Positions 18,106-27,718 of a stretch of 64,000 nt of DNA are shown in pieces. The position numbers and the translations under genes were made by a program. Within the stretch, counting starts at the first letter, position 1. Every line of letters starts with the position of its first letter. Location: NCBI GenBank assembly GCA_934129945.1, contig CAKOXC010000004.1:2579-66578 (forward strand), read 5' to 3'. Source of the DNA: an uncultured Bacilli bacterium. GTDB lineage: Bacteria; Bacillota_I; Bacilli_A; RF39; UBA660. The notes under the pieces were generated by a model, which was given only the letters and a program-made list of their open reading frames with translations, had not been told where the DNA came from and searched no databases.

Positions 18106-19269
18106 TTTTTGGTATACTTAAAATACAAGAGAATAGGTGATAAAATGAGTGAATTTTTAGATAATTTAAGAAATATGGATGATGAAAGTAAAAAGAAGAT
18201 TAAACTATTAGGAATAGGTTTAATTGGTTTTATTATGTTAATAATAATAATTGCAATAATTGTTGCAATTATTAATCGAAAAACGTCTTATGAGGATATG
18301 GAAATTATCATGAGTAAAGCTGCTTATTCTTATTATCAAGATAATTTAGGAAAATTACCTACTGAGTCTTCAAAGACTTCAGTTGTTGATGAGACAACTT
18401 TAGTTAATGGTAAATACATGAAAAGTATTAAAAAATATACAAAAGATGAAACTTGTAAGGGACGTGTTGAAGTAACATATAATAATGGTGATTTTGATTA
18501 TCAAACATATCTTACATGTAATTCATTTACTACTATTTTATTAAAAGATCAAATAAAAAAAGATAATTTATTAGTAACTAGTGGTGCAGGATTATATGAT
18601 GAAAATGGCATTTTAAGATTTAGAGGTGAAAAGTTAAACAATTATCTTAAAGTAAAAAATACTATTTATAGAATAATAAAGATAGATAATGAAGATAAAA
18701 TTTATATTATTCCTGAAAATATGGATGATAATGATGAAAAAGTTTTTGTTTATTGGGATGATAGATATAATTCTGAGGAACAAATAAATTGTGGTATAAA
18801 TGATTATTCTCTAAGTAGAATTAAAGATTCATTAGATGTTATATATAATAGTTTAGATAAAGAATTAAAAGCAAAAACAACGAATTTTACTGCATGTGTT
18901 GCTAATAGATCAGAAAATGACATAATAAATACAGGAGATATTGAATGTAGTAAAAAAATAGAAAATTCAACAATAAGTTTATTGCCTATTTATGAATATA
19001 TTAGAGCCAGTATAGCTCCAGCATGTCAAACCACATCTTCAAAAGAGTGTAAAAATTATAATTATATGTATACAGATTCATATATGTGGTGGAGTGGAAC
19101 AGGAGATTCAACAAATACTGATAAAATTTATTCGGTAAATTATTCTGGTGAAATTGATAAAGATAGAGGAAATTCTAGAAAAGTTGCTAGATATGTTGTA
19201 GCTTTAAAAGGAAATACTTTATTAAAAGAAGGTAATGGTACTAAAAAAAGTCCATATCAAATTAGATAA
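18103..19269 (+). CDS. Bitopic membrane protein with large extracytoplasmic domain; VirB8/TcpC-like scaffold candidate
   Basis: Short cytoplasmic N-terminus, single TM (LLGIGLIGFIMLIIIIAIIVAII), about 330 aa Cys-containing ectodomain. Confidence 0.35.
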   Translation: MFLVYLKYKRIGDKMSEFLDNLRNMDDESKKKIKLLGIGLIGFIMLIIIIAIIVAIINRKTSYEDMEIIMSKAAYSYYQDNLGKLPTESSKTSVVDETTLVNGKYMKSIKKYTKDETCKGRVEVTYNNGDFDYQTYLTCNSFTTILLKDQIKKDNLLVTSGAGLYDENGILRFRGEKLNNYLKVKNTIYRIIKIDNEDKIYIIPENMDDNDEKVFVYWDDRYNSEEQINCGINDYSLSRIKDSLDVIYNSLDKELKAKTTNFTACVANRSENDIINTGDIECSKKIENSTISLLPIYEYIRASIAPACQTTSSKECKNYNYMYTDSYMWWSGTGDSTNTDKIYSVNYSGEIDKDRGNSRKVARYVVALKGNTLLKEGNGTKKSPYQIR

Positions 19270-19345
19270 AATTTAATGTTTTATCTTTTTTTGCATTTTT
19301 AAGAAAAATATTTATTTTAATAGACAAAGTATTATGATATAATGA

Positions 19346-20491
19346 ATGTATATGAATAGAGGTTTTAATATGGATAAAAAATGCTTGAAATATATTTTTA
19401 ATAGCTTAATTATATTTATTTTATTTGGAATTATTAATGTTGAAGCTTCTGTAGAATGCAGTTACAATTATTCTTATAATAGAAATGATATGATTATAAA
19501 AATAAATTCTGATGGAGCAAAGGTAACCGCTAATAATACTTCAATTGATATTGCTTATGGTAAAGTAGAACAATTATCTTTAGCTGATGGTTCAATAGTA
19601 AATATTAAAGTTGATAATTCTTTAAAAAATAAATTTGCTAGTTTTACAAATTGTTTTGACAGTATTGGATTTGTTGAAACGCTTGAAACAGGTAATTTAA
19701 CAATTAAAGATAGTTGTACTGGTTATGCTGGGGATGCTTCTAAATGTTCAAATTTGCAAGGAACTGGTACAACAACTGGAAATACTACTCAAACAACAAG
19801 TACAAAAACTACTATCAATTTTACTACAACTGATAATGTAAGTGGAGTTTTAGGAGTAAATGAAAATGGTAAGTATTATTTAAAAATAAATAATGATAAC
19901 AATACAATAACATATGATCCTACTGCTGAGTTTGCATTTAATTATGGTAATAAAAGCTATAGAATTGATCCTGATACAAAAGATAATATTTTTAAATCAA
20001 GTTCAAGTTCAGTTAAACTTTATGCCTTAGATTCTGGAACGGGTGGAAATAACTGGCTACTTTCTTTAAATTCAAGTAAAGATGGTTATACAACTCCTGC
20101 TGATGTTAGTGGAAGACAAGATTACAAAGTTAATGTAAAGAAAAATAAAAATAAACTTGATTCAGCTGACTTCAAAGGAATTTGTTCTGAAGACAGTGTA
20201 CGTAAAGTTTTTCAAATTATGGGTTATGTGCTTTTAATTGCTAAAATAGCTGTTCCAATTTGTTTAATTATATTTGGGGTAGTGACACTTGTTAAAGTTG
20301 TAATATCTGGAGAACAAGAAGCATTAAGGAAGGCTGTAAAGAATTTAGGAATAAAAGCTTTAGCAGCTGTTATAATATTTATACTTCCTACAATAATTTA
20401 CTATATAACAAATTTAGTTAGTGGAAATAGTAGTGATACAAAAGTTTATGGATATTGCAAAACATGTTTATTTGAACCTAAAAAATGCTAG
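19346..20491 (+). CDS. Secreted protein with large N-terminal domain fused to a C-terminal VirB2/TrbC-like module (paralog C)
   Basis: Signal peptide; ECSY module as in the 4752 ORF; C-terminus VFQIMGYVLLIAKIAVPICLIIFGVVTLVKVVISGEQEALRKAVKNLGIKALAAVIIFILPTII then GYCKTCLFEPKKC. Confidence 0.5.
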   Translation: MYMNRGFNMDKKCLKYIFNSLIIFILFGIINVEASVECSYNYSYNRNDMIIKINSDGAKVTANNTSIDIAYGKVEQLSLADGSIVNIKVDNSLKNKFASFTNCFDSIGFVETLETGNLTIKDSCTGYAGDASKCSNLQGTGTTTGNTTQTTSTKTTINFTTTDNVSGVLGVNENGKYYLKINNDNNTITYDPTAEFAFNYGNKSYRIDPDTKDNIFKSSSSSVKLYALDSGTGGNNWLLSLNSSKDGYTTPADVSGRQDYKVNVKKNKNKLDSADFKGICSEDSVRKVFQIMGYVLLIAKIAVPICLIIFGVVTLVKVVISGEQEALRKAVKNLGIKALAAVIIFILPTIIYYITNLVSGNSSDTKVYGYCKTCLFEPKKC

Positions 20492-20500
20492 GAGGTTTTT

Positions 20501-20842
20501 ATGAAAAAAATAAAAAATATTTTATTAATAACAATTTGTTTATTTCCATTAAATGTCTTTGCTGGAAGTAATGATTGTGTAGAAATTTTTGGAAAGAATT
20601 CTCAAACTCTTGAATATTTACAAGATATATATTCTTTTTTAAAGTTTCTAGTACCAATAATACTTTTAGCTATGAGTGTTAAAGATTTTGTCTTAGCAAT
20701 TGCTAAAGAGCAAGCTGATGATGTAAAAAAAGCAACTAATACTTTATTTAAAAGAATTATTATTGCAGTATTAATTTTAATTATACCAACAATTTTGAAT
20801 TTCTTCTTAAAGTTGATTGGATATAGTACTTGTACTTTATAA
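20501..20842 (+). CDS. Small VirB2/TrbC-like protein (paralog D)
   Basis: Signal peptide, then a two-TM hairpin with charged loop (FLVPIILLAMSVKDFVLAIAKEQADDVKKATNTLFKRIIIAVLILIIPTIL). Confidence 0.45.
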   Translation: MKKIKNILLITICLFPLNVFAGSNDCVEIFGKNSQTLEYLQDIYSFLKFLVPIILLAMSVKDFVLAIAKEQADDVKKATNTLFKRIIIAVLILIIPTILNFFLKLIGYSTCTL

Positions 20843-20869
20843 ATATAAATAAAAAAGGAGGTAATTATT

Positions 20870-23080
20870 ATGCTAATTGGTAACTTTATGACAAGCTTAT
20901 TTAATGTTGCAAAATATGGATTTTTTAGCATATTTTTATACATAGATTCAGTTGTATATAAAATAGTTAGTATGCTATTTTCAGTATTTTTCTCATTAGC
21001 TGAATTACAACTTTTAAAAGACGATGCTTACCAAGCTATTTCAAGTAGAATTTACTTATTAGTAGGAATAGTTGCCCTTTTTTCAATTACTATTTCATTA
21101 TTAAAAGCGTTAGTTAATCCAGATAATTTAGGTAAAGGAACTATATCTTCATTTAAAAATCTTATAGTTTCAATGTTACTAGTTATTTTAATGCCAACTA
21201 TATTTAAATATGCATTTTCATTTCAAGCAGCAATAATTAACGATGGAGTTATTAATAATCTTTTTAATTTTAGTATAACAACTGGTAAAAATGAAATGGT
21301 TAATGAATGTAATAATCCAAAAGATGTTTCAGTTAATACAGCTGATAATGAAACGTTAAGTTCAGAAATTAATATGACAGTTGATGAATGTCAAGCAAAT
21401 TATATTACAATGACAGTTTTACAAGCATTTTTTTCACCTTCAAATGATAATGTAACTAATAATTATGGTACAACATGGAAAGATGCTAGAAGATATATAT
21501 GGTATACAGGTGATTTTGATTATATAGCCACATTTGCTGAACAAGTAAATAAAGGAGATAGCAATAGTTATATAACATATTATATTATTATTACTACTAT
21601 TGCTGGATTCTTCTTAGGATATGTTGTTTTGTCTTTTTGTCTAGATTTAGGAATAAGAGCATTTAAATTAGCATTTTACGAATTAATTGCTCCATTACCA
21701 ATACTTATGAAAATAGTTCCAGGTCAAGAAGGTAAATTTGACAAATGGAGAAAAGAAGTTGTTAGTACTTTCTTAGAAGTGTTTGTAAGATTAATTATAA
21801 TAAGCTTTATAATATTTATGTGTGGTAATTTATTTGATTTAATAAAAAATTTAAGTTGGGGTGAGACAGGACCAGGATTATTAGCAAAAGCAATTTTAGC
21901 TTTAGGTTTATTTGCCTTTGCAAAACAAGCACCAAAACTATTAAAGGATGCTTTAGGTTTAGACGGTTCAGGTGTAAAATTTGGAATCAAAGGAAAACTT
22001 ACAGATGTACCTGTTGCTGGAAAAGCATTCGCTGCAGGTTACGGTGTGGCTAGTAAATTAAAGAATTCTGCAACAGGAGCTATTTCAGGTGGACTTGGTG
22101 CCGGATGGTCTTCAATGGTAAATAAAAATGGTTTTGCTAATGGATTTAGATATGGAGCTGCAAAAGGTGCTAAAAATGGTGGAAATCAGTTTAACTCTCA
22201 ACGAAGAGATATGTATACTAGATATGGTGGTAAAGGAGTTGCTGGTGCATTTGGTGGTCAAGCGTATTTTGACAAAAAAGCAGATGCTGCTGATAAAGCT
22301 GCTAAAAATGATATTAAAGAAAGATTTAGAAATTCACAAACTTATAATAATATGTTAGATCAAATGTTATTTAGTAAAAATCAAGAAATGATGGCTAATA
22401 GACAGCATCAAGTTGATACTAAAAAGATTCTTGATAATTATAATAAAAATATTAGTGATTATGAAAGTTCAGGAGAGTTTAGTGGTATAATGGCTTCTTT
22501 TGAAAATGAAGCTAGAGAAAAAGCTACAAGAACAGTATCTGAAAAAGTAAAAAGTGGTCAAATGACAGCACAAGAAGGCAAAAATGAAGTTGAAAGATTA
22601 ACTAATTTAATGCAAAAAGCTTCAGCTGTAAATTATTTAAAAGAACAGGCTGCTAAAGGCACAGCTACCGAAGCCTCAAAAAGATATTTATCAGCTGTTG
22701 AAAATTTAACAAGTGCTAAAAATGATTATTTAAATGCTAAAAATCTTCAAACTACTATTTCAGAAGAGGATAAAGAATTAGCTAAAAAAGCTACTGATGA
22801 ATTCTTTAGACATACTGATAATAAGAACAAAGAACTTGGCTCTGGTACTTTAGGAAAAGCGTTCCAAGAAGTATTAAGAAGCGAATACAGTAATAGTTTA
22901 AGTAATAATGATGATGTCTTGAAAATGGCTCAAGCAATGAAAATGGCTCAAGCTGGCGGTGGAGCTCCAAATGGAAGTAATTTAAATCCTAGTGCACCTA
23001 ATGGTGGTGGACCAGGTGGCGGACCAAAACCTGGAGGGCCAGATGCCAAAGGACCAGCTGAACCTGGTGATAAGAAATAA
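20870..23080 (+). CDS. VirB6/TrbL(TcpH)-like polytopic channel protein with Gly/Pro-rich C-terminal tail
   Basis: 736 aa; multiple TM helices in the N-terminal two thirds; coiled-coil region; GGGAPNGSNLNPSAPNGGGPGGGPKPGGPDAKGPAEPG tail as in many TrbL proteins. Confidence 0.55.
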   Translation: MLIGNFMTSLFNVAKYGFFSIFLYIDSVVYKIVSMLFSVFFSLAELQLLKDDAYQAISSRIYLLVGIVALFSITISLLKALVNPDNLGKGTISSFKNLIVSMLLVILMPTIFKYAFSFQAAIINDGVINNLFNFSITTGKNEMVNECNNPKDVSVNTADNETLSSEINMTVDECQANYITMTVLQAFFSPSNDNVTNNYGTTWKDARRYIWYTGDFDYIATFAEQVNKGDSNSYITYYIIITTIAGFFLGYVVLSFCLDLGIRAFKLAFYELIAPLPILMKIVPGQEGKFDKWRKEVVSTFLEVFVRLIIISFIIFMCGNLFDLIKNLSWGETGPGLLAKAILALGLFAFAKQAPKLLKDALGLDGSGVKFGIKGKLTDVPVAGKAFAAGYGVASKLKNSATGAISGGLGAGWSSMVNKNGFANGFRYGAAKGAKNGGNQFNSQRRDMYTRYGGKGVAGAFGGQAYFDKKADAADKAAKNDIKERFRNSQTYNNMLDQMLFSKNQEMMANRQHQVDTKKILDNYNKNISDYESSGEFSGIMASFENEAREKATRTVSEKVKSGQMTAQEGKNEVERLTNLMQKASAVNYLKEQAAKGTATEASKRYLSAVENLTSAKNDYLNAKNLQTTISEEDKELAKKATDEFFRHTDNKNKELGSGTLGKAFQEVLRSEYSNSLSNNDDVLKMAQAMKMAQAGGGAPNGSNLNPSAPNGGGPGGGPKPGGPDAKGPAEPGDKK

Positions 23081-23098
23081 AAGGAGGAATAAAAAGGG

Positions 23099-23410
23099 AT
23101 GAATGGATATTTAATACCTGCCAATTCTAAAAAGTCACAACTTATTTTAGGATTGTTTACAGGAGTAGATTTAGCAATATTTGCTACAGGCTGTACTATA
23201 ACAATATTAGCGCTTATGATAATAAAATCAGCTAATTTTGGGCAAATGATTTTAATTATTTCTCCAGCATTAGTATCTGCTTTCTTAGTTGCTCCTGTAC
23301 CTAATTATCATAATGTTTTACAATTATTAACAAATATTATAATGTTTTATATGAATAGAAGAAGATATTATTGGAGAGGTTGGTGTATAAGAGATGGCGA
23401 AGAAAAGTGA
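23099..23410 (+). CDS. VirB3-like small two-TM membrane protein
   Basis: 103 aa with two hydrophobic helices, sitting immediately upstream of and overlapping the VirB4 gene, as VirB3 does. Confidence 0.45.
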   Translation: MNGYLIPANSKKSQLILGLFTGVDLAIFATGCTITILALMIIKSANFGQMILIISPALVSAFLVAPVPNYHNVLQLLTNIIMFYMNRRRYYWRGWCIRDGEEK

Positions 23411-23960
23411 TACTAGTCAAGTAGTTTCTAAATATGCAGAAGATTGGATGCCAGTTAAAAATATAATGAATGGTATGATTCAATTAGATAATGGACAATA
23501 CGTTACAGGAGTAAAAATTGCACCTAAGAATATATTTATCATGGATGCTGGTGTTCAACAAAATACAATATATAATTTAAGAAATATGTATAATTCAATT
23601 GATTATGAATTTTGGCTTATTGTAGCTGATCGACCTGTTGATATAGGAGTATATTTGTCAACACTTCAAATAGCATATAATAATGCCTCTAATGGTGTTA
23701 CAAGAAAATTAATATTAGAAGATATTAATAAAGCTAATATGTTTATGAGTCAAGAATATAATGTTGTTGATACAGAATACTATATTTTATTTAAAGAAAA
23801 GAAAATGGAATTAGTTCAAAAGAGAATTCACACATTAATTTCGCAACTTGCAAACTGTGGATTACAATCTACACAAACTTCTAACTCTGATTTGAGAATG
23901 ATATTAGATAATTTCTTAAATGGAGGAACACAAACTGGATTTGGAACGGTGATGCCATAA
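23394..23960 (+). CDS. virB4: VirB4-family ATPase, N-terminal domain encoded as a separate ORF
   Basis: DWMPVKNIMNGMIQLDNGQYVTGVKIAPKNIFIMDAGVQQ...FWLIVADRPVDI matches the N-terminal region of Gram-positive VirB4 homologues (Tn916 Orf16/TcpF/PrgJ type). Confidence 0.6.
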   Translation: MAKKSDTSQVVSKYAEDWMPVKNIMNGMIQLDNGQYVTGVKIAPKNIFIMDAGVQQNTIYNLRNMYNSIDYEFWLIVADRPVDIGVYLSTLQIAYNNASNGVTRKLILEDINKANMFMSQEYNVVDTEYYILFKEKKMELVQKRIHTLISQLANCGLQSTQTSNSDLRMILDNFLNGGTQTGFGTVMP

Positions 23961-25744
23961 TGAATTTAAAAAGTCAATTAGCCCCTAAGGGAATAGAATT
24001 TAAACCTACAGAATTTATGATGAGTGGGAAATATTGTACTATACTTACAATAATTTCTTATCCAAAATCAATATATGAAGGTTATCTTGCTAATATAACA
24101 AGTATTTCTGGTGTAAAAATAGCAATTAAACACATTCCAATAGAGTTTTCTACGTTACAAAAAATGTTAAATAAAGAAATTGCTGACTTAAAACAAAGAT
24201 TTCAAACTGAAAATGATAAAACAATTCAAGAGAGAATAAGACAAGATTATGAATCATTAGAAGTTTTTATTCAACAGTTGGCTGCAACTCAAGCACGTAT
24301 ATTTGATTTCCAAATGCATTTATTTATTTCAGCTGATACAAAAGAAGAATTGGAAATGAAAAAGATGCAAGTACGAAACTATATAGATGGTATGGGTATG
24401 CGTGGAGTATCTTTGATGTTTGAACAAGAAAAAGTTTTAAAATCAATCTTACCAATTTTTCCAAAACAAGATGTTGAAAATAGAGTTGGAACTCCAGTGC
24501 CATCTGTTACAATGGCAGCAATGTATCCTTTTATATTTGATAGTATAAAAGATCCAGGAAATGCAACATTATTTGGTGTAGATTTTTCTGGAGGAGTTGT
24601 TTTATTCAATCAATTTTTATATAAAATAAAAAAAGAAAATAACCGAAATAATGCTAATATAATTATTTTAGGTACATCTGGTAGTGGTAAATCGACAGCA
24701 GCAAAATTACTTTTAAGAAACCACTTAAGAAATCAATATAAAGTTGTATGTATAGATCCAGAAGGTGAACTTGCTGAAATGGCAAGAAATATGGGTGGTG
24801 ATTTCTTAGATTTAGGTAAAGGTGGCGCTATGGGTATGATTAACCCATTAGAAATAGTGTCTGATATTGATGAAGATGATATTTCTGAGGGATTAGGTCA
24901 TACAATTATTTCATCATCTTTACTATCTTTAAAAGCATTTATGAAATATTATACACCTTCTATAGAAGAAGATGTCTTAAATATGTTCTCAGAAGTAGTA
25001 CAAGATACATACAAGCGCTATAAAATTGATGAAAATACTGATTTTAAATCTTTAAAATCTGCTGATTATCCAACATTTGATGATGTTTATGCTACGGTAA
25101 AAGGAAGACTTTTATCAATGCCTGATAAAACTCGTGAAAGAGATGTAATGGAACGTTTAGAACTTAAGATTAGACCTTTAGTTAGAGAATTAAGACATTT
25201 CTTTACAGGAATAACAACTCTAGACATTACTAGTGATTTTATAGTATTTAATATAAGGGAACTAATGAATAGTGATGAAAATATTAAAAATGCTTTATTC
25301 TTTAATATTTTGAAGTATGCATGGGGTCAATGTCTTGATAAATCAGTTGATACTGTAATGTGTATTGATGAAGCCCATGTATTATTATCTAGTCGTAATG
25401 AACTTGGTGCTGAATTCTTAGCACAAATTCAAAGACGTGCAAGAAAATACAATACTGGTACAATAATAATTACTCAGCAACCTACAGATTTTGCAGCTCC
25501 TAATGTTATTGTTCATGGTAAAGCAATATTTGATAATGCATCATATTATTTAGTAATGGGACTTCGTAAACAAGCTGTCGAAGATTTGTCAATGTTGATA
25601 GATTTGAATGACAGTGAAAAAGAAGGAATTAAATACTACAATCAAGGTGAAGGTTTGTTTATTTGTGGGAATAAACGTATGAGAATAAATGTTGTAGTGA
25701 CTCAAGAAGAACTAGACTCTTTTGGAGCTGGTGGAGGATTATAA
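23960..25744 (+). CDS. virB4: VirB4-family conjugative ATPase, ATPase domain
   Basis: Walker A IIILGTSGSGKST; Walker B VMCIDEAHVLL; IIITQQPTDF; start overlaps the upstream stop by 1 nt (TAATG). Confidence 0.85.
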   Translation: MNLKSQLAPKGIEFKPTEFMMSGKYCTILTIISYPKSIYEGYLANITSISGVKIAIKHIPIEFSTLQKMLNKEIADLKQRFQTENDKTIQERIRQDYESLEVFIQQLAATQARIFDFQMHLFISADTKEELEMKKMQVRNYIDGMGMRGVSLMFEQEKVLKSILPIFPKQDVENRVGTPVPSVTMAAMYPFIFDSIKDPGNATLFGVDFSGGVVLFNQFLYKIKKENNRNNANIIILGTSGSGKSTAAKLLLRNHLRNQYKVVCIDPEGELAEMARNMGGDFLDLGKGGAMGMINPLEIVSDIDEDDISEGLGHTIISSSLLSLKAFMKYYTPSIEEDVLNMFSEVVQDTYKRYKIDENTDFKSLKSADYPTFDDVYATVKGRLLSMPDKTRERDVMERLELKIRPLVRELRHFFTGITTLDITSDFIVFNIRELMNSDENIKNALFFNILKYAWGQCLDKSVDTVMCIDEAHVLLSSRNELGAEFLAQIQRRARKYNTGTIIITQQPTDFAAPNVIVHGKAIFDNASYYLVMGLRKQAVEDLSMLIDLNDSEKEGIKYYNQGEGLFICGNKRMRINVVVTQEELDSFGAGGGL

Positions 25745-25748
25745 TAGT

Positions 25749-25782
25749 ACTTTACACTATTAAAAAGTGTAAAGTTTTTTTC
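25749..25782 (+). terminator. Rho-independent terminator after VirB4
   Basis: ACTTTACAC-loop-GTGTAAAGT then T7. Confidence 0.65.
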
Positions 25783-25821
25783 CTTATTGTAAAGTAAAAG
25801 AATGTATGTTAAAATATAGTC

Positions 25822-27369
25822 ATGTTAAAGCGAGGGATAATAATGAACTTAGAACAAGTAGAAAAATTATTTTATGAAATAGAATTAGAAAGAGATAATT
25901 TAGAAATAGAAGAAGAAAAAATAGAAACTCAAAATTCTGATTATCAAGTTTGGGCTAAATTTTATAATGACTTAAATAAAAGTAATGCTAATAAAAAGAT
26001 AGAAATCAATTCAATTAATACAACTTTAGAAAAAATAGAACATAAAGAAAAATTACTTGATGGAAAACTAACTCGTAAAGATACAGAAATAAAAAAAGAA
26101 TTGAGTGAAAAAAAAGCAAAACTAGAAGCTGCGATTGAAGAAAATTTAAATAATATGAAAGATGCTTCAAAAACTTGTAAAGATCTTTTAGATTCAAATA
26201 TAAATTTAGAAGCTAGTAAAAATATAAAAAATATAAATAGAAAAATTAACGATAAAGAAAATGCCATAAAAGATATTTATAATGAATGCTATGAATATAT
26301 TAATAACTTTGATAAAAAAATAGAAAATAAAATTAATGATATTAAAGAAGCTGCTATTAATAATGATAATAATTTAATTGTTTCATATTCTATAGAATTA
26401 ACTTCATTACAAGAAGAAAAAAATAAAGAATATTATAATTATCAAAAAATCATTGAATATATTAAAAACAATGGGTTTGATGCTGAAGTAAAAGAGGTTA
26501 AAGAAGTTATTGATGAAATAGATAATGATTTTAGTAAAGCTAATGGTAATAATTCAAATACTTTAGAAAAAGATAATGAAAAAAATGATGAAGAAGAGAT
26601 TAATTCTAATATAGAACCATTAGAAACTGAGGTAGTAAATACTGATGAACCTATAAAAAATGATGAAGATATAGAAGATATAGCCGAAGAACAAGCAGAT
26701 AATCAAGAAGATGAAGAAGAAATAGATAAAGATACAGAAGTATTAACAGGAGATGTTATTGGAACTCCTGAGTCTATTAAAGACGATGAGAATGAAGACA
26801 AAGATATAATAGAGGAAGATATAGAACATGATCATGATGAAAAGCCAAAAACATCAGATGATGAAAAATCTAAAAATTGCGCTGTACAAATCGAATCTAA
26901 TGATAAAGATGTTCAATTAGAAACTTATAACCATTTGAAAAATAAAGTAAATGAGATTATAAATGATTCTAGTACAAAAGAAAATGATTTAGAATTTGCA
27001 AAAAAACGTGAGATGGCTACTGACTCAGTTTTAAAAGAGTATAGAGAGTTCCATGATAACAAAATAAAAGAAGAGAATCAAGAATTAGAAAAAAATATAA
27101 TTAAAACTACTGAAAATTTAATTGGTGAAGAAATACCTGTAGATGTAAATGACGTTTACCAAGATTATAATAAAATAGATGCCATTAAAGAAATTTTTAA
27201 TGATGGAAAAGAAGTTGCTCAAAAAGCTGCTGTAAAAATAAAAAATGTTATAAAACTTGGCAAGGAAAAATCTTCTGTTATTATGAATAATATAAAAAAT
27301 TCAAAAATAGTTGCTGGTGCAATTGATAAATTATCTAATAATCAAGAATTTGGAAAAGGAAGAATATAA
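25822..27369 (+). CDS. Highly acidic coiled-coil protein (515 aa), unknown function
   Basis: E/K/D/N-rich heptad-like sequence throughout; no TM; true start may be the internal Met (MNLEQVEK...). Confidence 0.45.
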   Translation: MLKRGIIMNLEQVEKLFYEIELERDNLEIEEEKIETQNSDYQVWAKFYNDLNKSNANKKIEINSINTTLEKIEHKEKLLDGKLTRKDTEIKKELSEKKAKLEAAIEENLNNMKDASKTCKDLLDSNINLEASKNIKNINRKINDKENAIKDIYNECYEYINNFDKKIENKINDIKEAAINNDNNLIVSYSIELTSLQEEKNKEYYNYQKIIEYIKNNGFDAEVKEVKEVIDEIDNDFSKANGNNSNTLEKDNEKNDEEEINSNIEPLETEVVNTDEPIKNDEDIEDIAEEQADNQEDEEEIDKDTEVLTGDVIGTPESIKDDENEDKDIIEEDIEHDHDEKPKTSDDEKSKNCAVQIESNDKDVQLETYNHLKNKVNEIINDSSTKENDLEFAKKREMATDSVLKEYREFHDNKIKEENQELEKNIIKTTENLIGEEIPVDVNDVYQDYNKIDAIKEIFNDGKEVAQKAAVKIKNVIKLGKEKSSVIMNNIKNSKIVAGAIDKLSNNQEFGKGRI

Positions 27370-27370
27370 A

Positions 27371-27604
27371 ATGGAAAAAGAATATGATGTGGTTGAATTA
27401 GTAAATGGTGTTAGAGTTGCAGTAGTTGATGCGATAAATTATCATAATAGAATTTTTCTTTTAGTTGGAAAATTAGATAAAGAAGACAATATTTCAGAAG
27501 AATTACAAGTGTTTGAGAAAATTGATGATGAAATTTCAGAAGTAAATGATAATGATTTACTTGAAAAATTAATTCAAACATTTGAAAATAGAATTAATGA
27601 TTAA
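27371..27604 (+). CDS. Small acidic protein, DUF1292-like
   Basis: MEKEYDVVELVNGVRVAVVDAINYHNRIFLLVGKLDKED...ELQVFEKIDDE pattern resembles the DUF1292 family. Confidence 0.35.
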   Translation: MEKEYDVVELVNGVRVAVVDAINYHNRIFLLVGKLDKEDNISEELQVFEKIDDEISEVNDNDLLEKLIQTFENRIND

Positions 27605-27628
27605 AAGCTTGAACCTAAGCTTTTTTTC
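27604..27628 (+). terminator. Rho-independent terminator
   Basis: AAGCTT-gaacct-AAGCTT palindromic hairpin then T7. Confidence 0.6.
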
Positions 27629-27718
27629 TTTTTCATTTTTTTAAAAAGTTATTTTGTAATATTTTTCTTTTAAATTAAAGACTTTTTAATAGAAATTTGT
27701 TACAATAAGTATACAAGA

